From NCBI RefSeq assembly GCF_032842345.1, contig NZ_WBKO01000002.1, positions 58,208-82,207 of the forward strand: DNA of 24,000 bases. Direction: 5' to 3'. The notes below the pieces were generated by a model that saw only the letters and a list, made by a program, of their open reading frames with translations, had not been told where the DNA came from and ran no database searches. Shown here piece after piece: positions 9,956-16,479 of the stretch (within the stretch, counting starts at the first letter, position 1; each line of letters starts with the position of its first letter). Origin of the DNA: Methanoculleus caldifontis (GTDB lineage Archaea > Halobacteriota > Methanomicrobia > Methanomicrobiales > Methanoculleaceae). The position numbers and the translations under genes are program-made.

Positions 9956-10150
9956 ATGCAGATCATCCTCCCGGACAGGAGCGTGCGGACGCTTTCCTGC
10001 GCCTCCGCGCCGATAGAAGAGATCCTCCTTGAGCTCGGCATCAACCCGGCGACCGTGATCGTCGTGAAGAACGGCAGGATCGTCCCCGAGGACGTGACGG
10101 CGGAAGAGGGCGACGAGCTCCGGATCCTCCGGTTCTCGCACGGCGGGTGA
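9956..10150 (+). CDS. ThiS/MoaD-family ubiquitin-like sulfur carrier (64 aa, C-terminal Gly-Gly)
   Basis: MQIILPDRSVRTL...VKNGRIVPEDVTAEEGDELRILRFSHGG-stop: beta-grasp length and pattern with terminal GG. I prefer ATG 9956; the N-terminal 11 aa added by the ORF-track start 9923 look non-native. Confidence 0.7.
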   Translation: MQIILPDRSVRTLSCASAPIEEILLELGINPATVIVVKNGRIVPEDVTAEEGDELRILRFSHGG

Positions 10151-10154
10151 ACCG

Positions 10155-11072
10155 GTGACTTCGGCGGAGAACCGGTGCTCTCTCTGCGGCGAACCCGCGG
10201 TCGTCCGCCTCGCCGAGCCGGAGCGGCGGCTCTGCGCCGCCCACTTCATCGAGGACGCCGGGGCCCGCGTCTTCGCCGCCGTGAAGCACGAATGCATGAT
10301 ATCTTCGGGCGACCGGGTCGCCGTCGGCCTGAGCGGGGGGAAAGACAGCACCGCCCTGCTCCTGCTGCTCCACCCCATCCTCCCCGCACTCGGCGCGAGT
10401 CTCATTGCGGTCACCATCGACGAAGGGATCGCGGGCTACCGGGAGGAGACCCTCAAGGCCGCAGAATCCCTGACAGACGAACTCGGCGTCGAGCATGCGA
10501 TCGTCACGTTTACCGACCTCTTCGGGGACGATCTCGACAGGCTGCTCGTCGGAAGAGAACCGCAGGGCTGCACCGTCTGCGGCGTGCTGCGCAGGCGGGC
10601 GCTCGTCGAGGGGGTAAAGAGGGTCGGCGCGACGAAGCTTGCCACCGGCCATAACCTCGACGACGAGGCGCAGTCGGTCCTGATGAACGTCCTCCGCGGC
10701 GACCTCCCCCGCCTCCTCCAGGACACCTCAGCCGGCTATCCGGGTCACTTCGTCCCGCGGATAAAGCCGCTTGCCGTCCTCTCCGAGAAAGAGATCGTGA
10801 CCTACCTCCTCCTCCGCAGCTATTTCCGTGACCTGCCCGAGTGCCCCTACGCCGGGACCGCGCTCCGGTCGGAGGTGCGATCGATGCTTGCCGGGCTCGA
10901 GCACCGCCACCCGGGGACGATGCTCCGCCTGATGCGGTTCCGCGATGGGGTCAGGCGTTCGGCCTGCCCTGCGGAGCCGGCGAAGGCGCTCTCTACCTGC
11001 CGGATCTGCGGCGAACTTGCGAGCGGCGAGGTTTGCCAGGTCTGCAGGCTGCTCGGGCGGGACGGAAAGTAG
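10155..11072 (+). CDS. TtuA/Ncs6(Ctu1)-type tRNA 2-thiolation PP-loop ATPase
   Basis: N-terminal Zn finger CSLCGEP...LCAAH, PP-loop VGLSGGKDSTALL, cluster ligands GCTVCGVLRR and PECPY, KLATGHNLDDEAQ, C-terminal Zn finger CRICGELASGEVCQVC. GTG start lies 4 nt after the carrier gene. Confidence 0.85.
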   Translation: MTSAENRCSLCGEPAVVRLAEPERRLCAAHFIEDAGARVFAAVKHECMISSGDRVAVGLSGGKDSTALLLLLHPILPALGASLIAVTIDEGIAGYREETLKAAESLTDELGVEHAIVTFTDLFGDDLDRLLVGREPQGCTVCGVLRRRALVEGVKRVGATKLATGHNLDDEAQSVLMNVLRGDLPRLLQDTSAGYPGHFVPRIKPLAVLSEKEIVTYLLLRSYFRDLPECPYAGTALRSEVRSMLAGLEHRHPGTMLRLMRFRDGVRRSACPAEPAKALSTCRICGELASGEVCQVCRLLGRDGK

Positions 11073-11078
11073 CGGGTC

Positions 11079-11390
11079 TCACCGGTCGCCGCCGCAGCAG
11101 GACCCCTCATCTCCCCCGCAGCCGCAGGTGCCGCTGTCCATCTCCTTACCCCGGAGGGCCGCCCCGATCATCGCCCAGGCGCACCCGACCCCGCTCTGGA
11201 CCTCGATGGCCTGCACCGGGCAATTCCTGGCGCACGCCCCGCACTCCATGCACTCCTCCGGCCGGACGACCTCGACCCGCCGGTTCCCCTCTGCAAAGAC
11301 CCCGTGCGGGCAGACCTCGGTGCACCGCAGGCAGCCGAAACACCGCTCCGGGTTGTAGCGGAGGGTGTTCTCGCGGTAGGAGTCAAACAT
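11079..11390 (-). CDS. hgcB: HgcB, 2x[4Fe-4S] ferredoxin of the mercury methylation pair
   Basis: Last 103 codons of listed ORF 11079-12416. CFGCLRCTEVCP and CMECGACARNCP ferredoxin motifs plus the C-terminal Cys-rich tail (GTCGCGGDEGSCCGG). Its ATG shares one base with the hgcA TGA (TGATG). Confidence 0.85.
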   Translation of the reverse strand: MFDSYRENTLRYNPERCFGCLRCTEVCPHGVFAEGNRRVEVVRPEECMECGACARNCPVQAIEVQSGVGCAWAMIGAALRGKEMDSGTCGCGGDEGSCCGGDR

Positions 11391-12436
11391 CAGACCGCCC
11401 CCAGAAGGCGGGCCACCCCGAGGACGGCGGCAAGGACGGCTCCCAGGACCGCCATCCCGGCCATGAACGGCACGTAGCGGAAGATCTCCTTCTTCACGCC
11501 GGTCCGCGACGTGAACGGGGTCGAACCGGTGAAGTTGAGCGCGAGGTACGCGGTCACGGGGGGCATGAGGAGGAGAGGTGCGAGCGCGGCAGGGACGCCT
11601 GCCCACCCGGACGCGGCAGTCTCCATGAAGAAGGTGGCCGAGAAGGGAAGAGCGACGATTCCGCCCAGAATGAGCCCTTTCGTGCTGAAGTCCCGGGTGG
11701 GGATGAACGGCAACAGGGCCGGGAAGAGCACCGTTCCGGCAAGGACCGCGGAGATTGCCCCGAGCGCTGCCGGCAGGCCTGCAAGGAGGTAAAGGACGAT
11801 CGCGCCTGCAGCGGTCGGAAGCGCGGCGTGGACGAGCTCCATCGGCGCGAGCACGAGCCGGTCGACGACCGGGAAGCGGACGCGCCGCATATCGGGCGTC
11901 GCTCGCCCGATGGCGAGATACTCCGGGAGGTCGCTTGCCCGCACGGGCCCGTACTCCACGCTGAATCCCGAACGCCGCAGCACTTCGTGGGCAGAGACGC
12001 CCGGGGCGCCGAGCTGCGGGACGATGAGCGTCCGGTGCCGCACGACGGACGCGAGACCCGTGAGCGCTATCCTCCGGACGATCTCGTCGGTGCCGAAGGT
12101 CCCCTTCCCTGCAGCGCACCAGACGTTGATCCCGTGCGTGTCGAGCACAAGGATGTAGCCGTCGTGGCCGGAGAGGGCGGACCGGAGCGCATCGAAACTC
12201 AAGGTGTAGTTTGAGGAGGCAAAGACCGGCGAGTCGGGCGTGGGGTTCCCGAGCCGGTAGAGCCCGGGCTCCACGCGGTGCCCCATCCGATTTACTCCCC
12301 AGCGCGCGAGGAAGTGATCGAGGTGGTTGGCGGGCGTGATCCTGCTGTCTGTCGTTCGGATCTCCTGCACCGGTTCGGCGGCCGGCTGAACGGTCTCCGG
12401 ACAGGACCGGCAGCACGACTGCGGCGGGGATGCCAT
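11390..12436 (-). CDS. hgcA: HgcA, corrinoid protein of mercury methylation (N-terminal CFeSP-like domain + C-terminal membrane domain)
   Basis: Diagnostic cap-helix motif GINVWCAAGKGTFGT. Upstream VEPGLYRLGNPTPDSPVFASSNYTLSFDALR. C-terminal ~4-5 hydrophobic helices. I prefer ATG 12436 (GGAG upstream); ATG 12454 is an alternative. Confidence 0.9.
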   Translation of the reverse strand: MASPPQSCCRSCPETVQPAAEPVQEIRTTDSRITPANHLDHFLARWGVNRMGHRVEPGLYRLGNPTPDSPVFASSNYTLSFDALRSALSGHDGYILVLDTHGINVWCAAGKGTFGTDEIVRRIALTGLASVVRHRTLIVPQLGAPGVSAHEVLRRSGFSVEYGPVRASDLPEYLAIGRATPDMRRVRFPVVDRLVLAPMELVHAALPTAAGAIVLYLLAGLPAALGAISAVLAGTVLFPALLPFIPTRDFSTKGLILGGIVALPFSATFFMETAASGWAGVPAALAPLLLMPPVTAYLALNFTGSTPFTSRTGVKKEIFRYVPFMAGMAVLGAVLAAVLGVARLLGAV

Positions 12437-12440
12437 GACC

Positions 12441-12743
12441 TCACTCCGCCTCATCGATCAGCGGCCCGAGGACGCTCTTGACCATCCCGCTGAGGCTCCC
12501 GGCCTTCATCAGCGCAAGGCAGCAGACCTCGCCGTCCCGCTCCCAGGTGATCAGCGCCAGCTTGTCGCCCGGTCGGATCCCTGCCTTTTCCCGCACGTCT
12601 TTCGGCAGGACCATCTGCCCGCGTTCGTCCACGCTGAGCACCGCCTCCACGCTGCAGACGGCAACCTGGTTGCACCCGCACGGCGTTCCGCCGGGCGGGC
12701 ACCGTTCCGGATTGGTGTTCTCTTCTGCCATAGTGTTCTTCAT
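12441..12743 (-). CDS. AbrB/SpoVT-type (looped-hinge helix) DNA-binding protein with an N-terminal Cys-rich motif
   Basis: GQMVLPKDVREKAGIRPGDKLAL is a typical SpoVT/AbrB core. N-terminal CPPGGTPCGCNQVAVC and a later CC pair. ATG 12743 lies ~25 nt downstream of a TATA-like CTATAAAT (12771-12764, minus), which implies a leaderless mRNA. The stop lies 4 nt before hgcA ATG 12436. Confidence 0.7.
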   Translation of the reverse strand: MKNTMAEENTNPERCPPGGTPCGCNQVAVCSVEAVLSVDERGQMVLPKDVREKAGIRPGDKLALITWERDGEVCCLALMKAGSLSGMVKSVLGPLIDEAE

Positions 12744-12780
12744 ACTATGGTTGAGAGGGGAGGATTTATAGTTATCCAAA

Positions 12781-12800
12781 TTTTCAGATTAATCTGAAAA
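12781..12800. promoter_or_regulatory. Perfect 20-bp palindrome TTTTCAGATTAATCTGAAAA upstream of the AbrB-like/hgcAB promoter
   Basis: Read directly. It lies ~10 nt upstream of the TATA-like element and ~47 nt upstream of ATG 12743. It could instead (or also) be an AU-rich terminator hairpin for the upstream RNA. Confidence 0.5.
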
Positions 12801-12815
12801 TTCAAAATTTTTGTT

Positions 12816-13265
12816 GTGATCCCCGAAGCCCGGTTCCGGTGGCTGTCGAGAAGGCGGCGCCGCAGCTCCCCGGTAGAGGGCTGCAGAGCAGGTAATTTAG
12901 CCCTGTTGAAATGCTCCAAATAACCTCTGGATAGCATGAGTACCAATAGGGGCTGGCGGTGTGGCCTCGCGCGAAGCGAGTTTGAGCACCGTCAGGTGTG
13001 AGTCGCGAAGTCTGGATGGGTATTGATAGTCTCCTTCGCGTTCGTCGCGGCTTCGCGTGGGGTAGCTGGTGCAGATGGCGATACAGCCTCACGCGAAGAG
13101 CGCGAAGCCGCGAAGTGCGATGGTCCGAAGGGCCGGAGCTCGAGCACCGTTAGGTGCGAAGTGCGAGCGTAAGCGAGCTTGAGAGGCCTCAAGGCTTCGA
13201 AGGGAAGTCAAGCGGTTTGACCTCCAGAGGGGCTTCCTCGGAACTTTAGCGAAGTACCGGGTCAC
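12816..13265 (-). ncRNA. Large structured RNA candidate with RNase P RNA-like architecture (assignment tentative)
   Basis: A ~450-nt stretch with no credible ORF in an otherwise packed region. On the minus strand: terminal helix GUGA-CCC (13265-13259) with GGG-A-UCAC (12824-12816). Hairpin 13258-13240, then GAGGAAGCCCC (13239-13229), whose GAAGCCC pairs with GGGCUUC (12831-12825) inside ACCGGAACCGGGCUUC (compare CR-V ACAGAACCCGGCUUA). CCUCUGG (13230-13224) pairs with CCAGAGG (12930-12924). GGAGCA...AGGGCUAAAU lies at 12917-12891. A 9-bp hairpin at 13225-13203 has a G.U on minus that would be A.C on plus. U-runs follow the 3' end. The canonical GGAAAGUCC with bulged U is not cleanly present. 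Confidence 0.4.
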
Positions 13266-14041
13266 TCGCCGGCGGACGGCGGCGAAGCGCCGCGGACCCG
13301 CCCCCACCCGGTATAGACGTTCATCTTTTTGCTCCGCACGAACCCGATAACGGTGAGCCCGCCTGCCTCCGCGGCCTCGACGGCGGTGGTGGTCGTCGCC
13401 CCCCGCGAGACGATCACCGGGATGTTCGCCACCAGGCACTTCCTGACCATCTCGGAGGATATCCGGCCGGAGCTGACCGCAAACGTCCGTGAAAAGTCGA
13501 TCCCTTCGAGGAGGCCGTGGCCGACGACCCGGTCGAGGGCGTTGTGCCGACCGATATCCTCGGCGATCCGGATTGCCTTCCCTTCTCCCTCGAAGAGCCC
13601 GACGAGGTGGATGCCGCCGGTGATCCGGTGCAGATCCGAGTCGAGCGTCTCTTTCGTCGCCGCCCGGATCGCCTCGGGCGCGAGGACGAGGTCGGACCGG
13701 ATCGCGGGGAGCCGTCCGGTATCAAGGAACGAGGTGCTCCCGCCGCACCCGGAGAGGACGGTCTTGTGCGAGGTCAGGATCGCGAACGGGTTCTTCGTGA
13801 GGACGCTCGCGGTGTTCCCCTCGATGCGGATCGACTCGATCTCGCGGAGTTCCTTGACGATCCGCTCCGTGTAGAGGAACCCCACGACGAACTCCCGGAG
13901 CATCGCCGGGCTCGTCATGGCGGTGAGGGCGTGGCGCCCGTTGACGGTCACGGAGAGGGGCATCTCCTCCACGACAGGGTGGGTTGCGGGAACGAACGTC
14001 TCCCCGTCGCCTTTGACGATCGGCAGTTCCCGGTAGAGCAT
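13262..14041 (-). CDS. fdhD: FdhD-family sulfurtransferase (sulfuration of Mo/W-bisPGD cofactor)
   Basis: Last 259 codons of listed ORF 13262-14617. VLSGCGGS, ITGGIHLVGLF, EDIGRHNALDRVVG (family signature), SGRISSEMVRKC. Its ATG 14041 shares one base with the upstream TGA (TGATG). Confidence 0.85.
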   Translation of the reverse strand: MLYRELPIVKGDGETFVPATHPVVEEMPLSVTVNGRHALTAMTSPAMLREFVVGFLYTERIVKELREIESIRIEGNTASVLTKNPFAILTSHKTVLSGCGGSTSFLDTGRLPAIRSDLVLAPEAIRAATKETLDSDLHRITGGIHLVGLFEGEGKAIRIAEDIGRHNALDRVVGHGLLEGIDFSRTFAVSSGRISSEMVRKCLVANIPVIVSRGATTTTAVEAAEAGGLTVIGFVRSKKMNVYTGWGRVRGASPPSAGE

Positions 14042-15225
14042 CAGGTCGCCCTCCGGGATATCTCTTCGACGGTGGCTATCATTGTGTCGACTTCCTCTGC
14101 TGTGGTATAGATGTAGGTGCTCGCCCGCACCGTTCCGTCCGGGAGGCCGATATGCTCCATGAGCGGCTGGCAGCAGTGGTGTCCCGACCGGACCAGGACG
14201 GCCGCGGCCTCGTCGAGGACCTGCGCCGCCTCGTGCGGGTGCATCCCTTCGACCGTGAACGAGACGACCCCGATCCGTTCGCCGGACGCATCCGGTCCCG
14301 CGACCGTGACGCCGTCGAGCGCGGCAAGCCCGTCGATCAGCCGGGCAGCGAGCCGCTCCTCGTGCCGCCGCACCGTCTCCATCCCGATCTCCCGGAGATA
14401 CGCCGCCGCCCGTGCAAGCCCTATGACGCCGGCGATCGGGGGCGTTCCCGCCTCGTAGCGCTGCTCGCCGGGAGCGAGGATATAGCCTTCGGCCGTCGCG
14501 CTCTCGACCGACCCGCCCCCGACGAAGAGCGGTTCGAGGTCCGGCCGGCGCATCCAGAGCGCGCCCGTCCCGGTCGGGCCGAGCATCTTGTGGCCCGAGA
14601 AGCAGAAATAGTCGCACCCGATGGCGGCGACGTCGACCGGGAGATGCGGAGCCGACTGGGCGCCGTCGACGAGGAGCCGCGCACCCCGGTCGCGGCAGAT
14701 CCCGGCGATCTCGCGGACGGGAAGGACGGTGCCGAGGACGTTTGAAGCGTGGGTGACGGCGACGAGCCGGGTATCGTCGCGGATGGCCGCCTCCAGGTCG
14801 GCGAGGTCGAGGCAGCCCTCAGAGTCCGGCCGGACGATATCCACCGCGACCCCCCGCTCGCGGAGCCGGAGCCAGGGGAGGAGGTTTGAGTGGTGTTCGA
14901 GGAGCGTTGTCACCACCCGGTCGCCCCGCTGCCAGGCGAGACCGGCGGCGACCGCTCCTATCGCCTCGGTGGTGTTCCGGGTGACGGCAAGGGCGCCCCC
15001 GTCCCCGCCGACGAACGACCGGACGGCGTCGCGGGCGTCCCGGTAGCGGTGGGTGGCGACGACGGCGAGCCGGTGCATCCCCCTCCCGACGTTTGCCCGG
15101 TACCGGAGGTCGTACTCGACCATCGCCTGGACCACCGGTTTCGGGGTGAGCGACGTCGCCGCGCTGTCCAGGTAGATGAGGTCCCGGGTGATCGGGAAAT
15201 CCGTCCTGCAGTCCTCGATCTTCAT
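14041..15225 (-). CDS. Cysteine desulfurase, group II (SufS/CsdA-like)
   Basis: IYLDSAATS, PLP-Lys FSGHKMLGPTGTGALWMRR, active-site RSGHHCCQPLM. Its ATG overlaps the larE-like stop (ATGA). Confidence 0.85.
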   Translation of the reverse strand: MKIEDCRTDFPITRDLIYLDSAATSLTPKPVVQAMVEYDLRYRANVGRGMHRLAVVATHRYRDARDAVRSFVGGDGGALAVTRNTTEAIGAVAAGLAWQRGDRVVTTLLEHHSNLLPWLRLRERGVAVDIVRPDSEGCLDLADLEAAIRDDTRLVAVTHASNVLGTVLPVREIAGICRDRGARLLVDGAQSAPHLPVDVAAIGCDYFCFSGHKMLGPTGTGALWMRRPDLEPLFVGGGSVESATAEGYILAPGEQRYEAGTPPIAGVIGLARAAAYLREIGMETVRRHEERLAARLIDGLAALDGVTVAGPDASGERIGVVSFTVEGMHPHEAAQVLDEAAAVLVRSGHHCCQPLMEHIGLPDGTVRASTYIYTTAEEVDTMIATVEEISRRAT

Positions 15226-16028
15226 AATACCTCGTCCATGCTCCCGCTTCGGTATCCGGCGAGGTCCAGGGCGACATAGGCAAAGCCGATCCCCCGGAAC
15301 GCGGCCATGACCTTGTCTCGCACGCTAAAGAGGGATTCCAGTTTGTCGGGAGGCACCTCTATCCGGGCGACATCGCCGTGCACCCGGACCCGCACCTGCA
15401 CCTGAGCGAATCCCAGGCCCTGCAGGGCCTCCTCGGCCGCCTCGATCCGGGCGAGCGCCTCCTCTGTGATCTCGTCCCCGTAGGGGATGCGGGTTGCGAG
15501 GCAGGCTGCCGAAGGCTTGTTCCAGAACGGGAACCCACACTCGCGTGCGATCCTGCGGACGTCGCCCTTCGCCGCACCCGCCTCGACAAGGGGGTGGCAG
15601 ACCCCTTCCTCGTCGCTTGCAGCAAGCCCCGGGCGGTACGTGCCGAGGTCGGAGACGTTCGTTCCGTCTGCAACCGTGTCGATCCCCCCCCGGCGGGCCA
15701 GTTCCTTCAGCAGGAGGGAGGATGCTTTTTTGCAGGCGTAGCACCGGTCGGGCCGGTTCGCCCGGAAGGTCTCGTCCCGGAGGATCGGGAACGCCACGAC
15801 CTCCAGGGGGAGGTCCAGCCGGGTAGCGGTCTCCCGCGCCTCCCGCACCGCCTGCCGGGGCAGGAGCGGCGAGTCCAGGAGGACGCACCGGACCCGCTCC
15901 TTTCCGAGCGCCCGGACGGCCAGGGCGGCGAGGAGCGAGCTGTCGACGCCCCCTGAGTAGGCGACCAGCATGGGCCCTTTCGCCTTGAGGCTCCTGGCGA
16001 TCGCCTCACCGCTGCTCTCTGGTTCCAC
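15222..16028 (-). CDS. LarE-like PP-loop ATP-dependent sulfur transferase (three-Cys type)
   Basis: PP-loop VAYSGGVDSSLLA. YRPGL, WNKPSAACLATRIPYG, VRVRVHGDVARIEV, LDLAGYRSGSMD align by eye along the length of Lactobacillus LarE. CYACKK plus the AACLATR Cys give a possible 3-Cys cluster site. Confidence 0.8.
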   Translation of the reverse strand: MEPESSGEAIARSLKAKGPMLVAYSGGVDSSLLAALAVRALGKERVRCVLLDSPLLPRQAVREARETATRLDLPLEVVAFPILRDETFRANRPDRCYACKKASSLLLKELARRGGIDTVADGTNVSDLGTYRPGLAASDEEGVCHPLVEAGAAKGDVRRIARECGFPFWNKPSAACLATRIPYGDEITEEALARIEAAEEALQGLGFAQVQVRVRVHGDVARIEVPPDKLESLFSVRDKVMAAFRGIGFAYVALDLAGYRSGSMDEVL

Positions 16029-16040
16029 CGGCCCCTCTCC

Positions 16041-16367
16041 TCACGCTTCCGTGTCGCACGACCCGCCGAGCTGGTTCTCTTCGCGGATCTGCGTGCAGAT
16101 CTCACATATCCGGGAGGCGAGGTCGTCTACCCGGCCGGCCTGGAGGTCCTGTGCAAGCCGGCTGAGCGACTCTTTCACCTCGCCCTCAAAGACAATCCGG
16201 TACCCACGTTTCCCGGTGCGGTACTGCGAGATCGCCGACGGCGTCATATCGAGGAGGCGGGCGGCCTCCAGCTGGGAAACGCCCATGGCATTCAGTTCTT
16301 CAGCGATCGCAGCCCGGATCGCGGGCAACACGTTCCATACAATCAACTGGCAGGGGAGTTTCATCAT
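16041..16367 (-). CDS. Small XRE/Cro-type HTH transcription regulator with four Cys (candidate binder of the TTAACAATTGTTAA palindrome)
   Basis: HTH GVSQLEAARLLDMTPSAISQYRTGKRG. Cys at position 6 and in the C-terminal ICEICTQI...GGSCD. First gene of the larE-like/sufS-like/fdhD operon (12-nt gap). Palindrome copy 3 is centred 49.5 nt upstream of its ATG. Confidence 0.75.
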   Translation of the reverse strand: MMKLPCQLIVWNVLPAIRAAIAEELNAMGVSQLEAARLLDMTPSAISQYRTGKRGYRIVFEGEVKESLSRLAQDLQAGRVDDLASRICEICTQIREENQLGGSCDTEA

Positions 16368-16409
16368 ACCACAACTTTTAATGGTTCCGGAGCAGATCTA
16401 ACAGTGATG

Positions 16410-16423
16410 TTAACAATTGTTAA
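16410..16423. promoter_or_regulatory. Perfect palindrome TTAACAATTGTTAA, copy 3
   Basis: Read directly, in the divergent gap between the regulator (ATG 16367) and iscS (ATG 16480). Directly followed by TATA-like TTTTATC (16424-16430) in the iscS direction. Confidence 0.65.
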
Positions 16424-16479
16424 TTTTATCTTCGGAGAACAAATACCTTTGTGCAGAGTAAGAGTGCGGTGTGAACGCC

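Noticed and set aside
10841-12416. Long ORFs 10841-12214 (+) and the upstream 340 codons of 11079-12416 (-)
   Set aside because: They overlap hgcA/hgcB in other frames or on the other strand, with extreme Arg/Pro/Gly bias. Only the last 103 codons of the minus ORF (HgcB) are genuine.
12955-13200. Repeated CGCGAAG / GCGAAGTGCGA units and the duplicated GAGCACCGTYAGGTG module, considered as a CRISPR or tandem-repeat array
   Set aside because: The units are 7-15 nt, irregularly spaced, in both orientations and without unique spacers. They fit GC-rich stems with GNRA/UUCG-like loops of a structured RNA rather than a CRISPR array.
12816-13265. Archaeal SRP (7S) RNA as the identity of the structured segment
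   Set aside because: I could not find the helix-8 signature (GGAA-type tetraloop flanked by AGCA / GGUGC-type loops) or an Alu-domain 5' motif on either strand. The RNase P-like layout fits better, though it remains unproven.
14042-14617. N-terminal 190-codon extension of the fdhD ORF (13262-14617)
   Set aside because: The extension overlaps the SufS-like gene in another frame and is Arg-rich. FdhD homology starts at MLYRELPIV (ATG 14041), which is coupled to the upstream stop.
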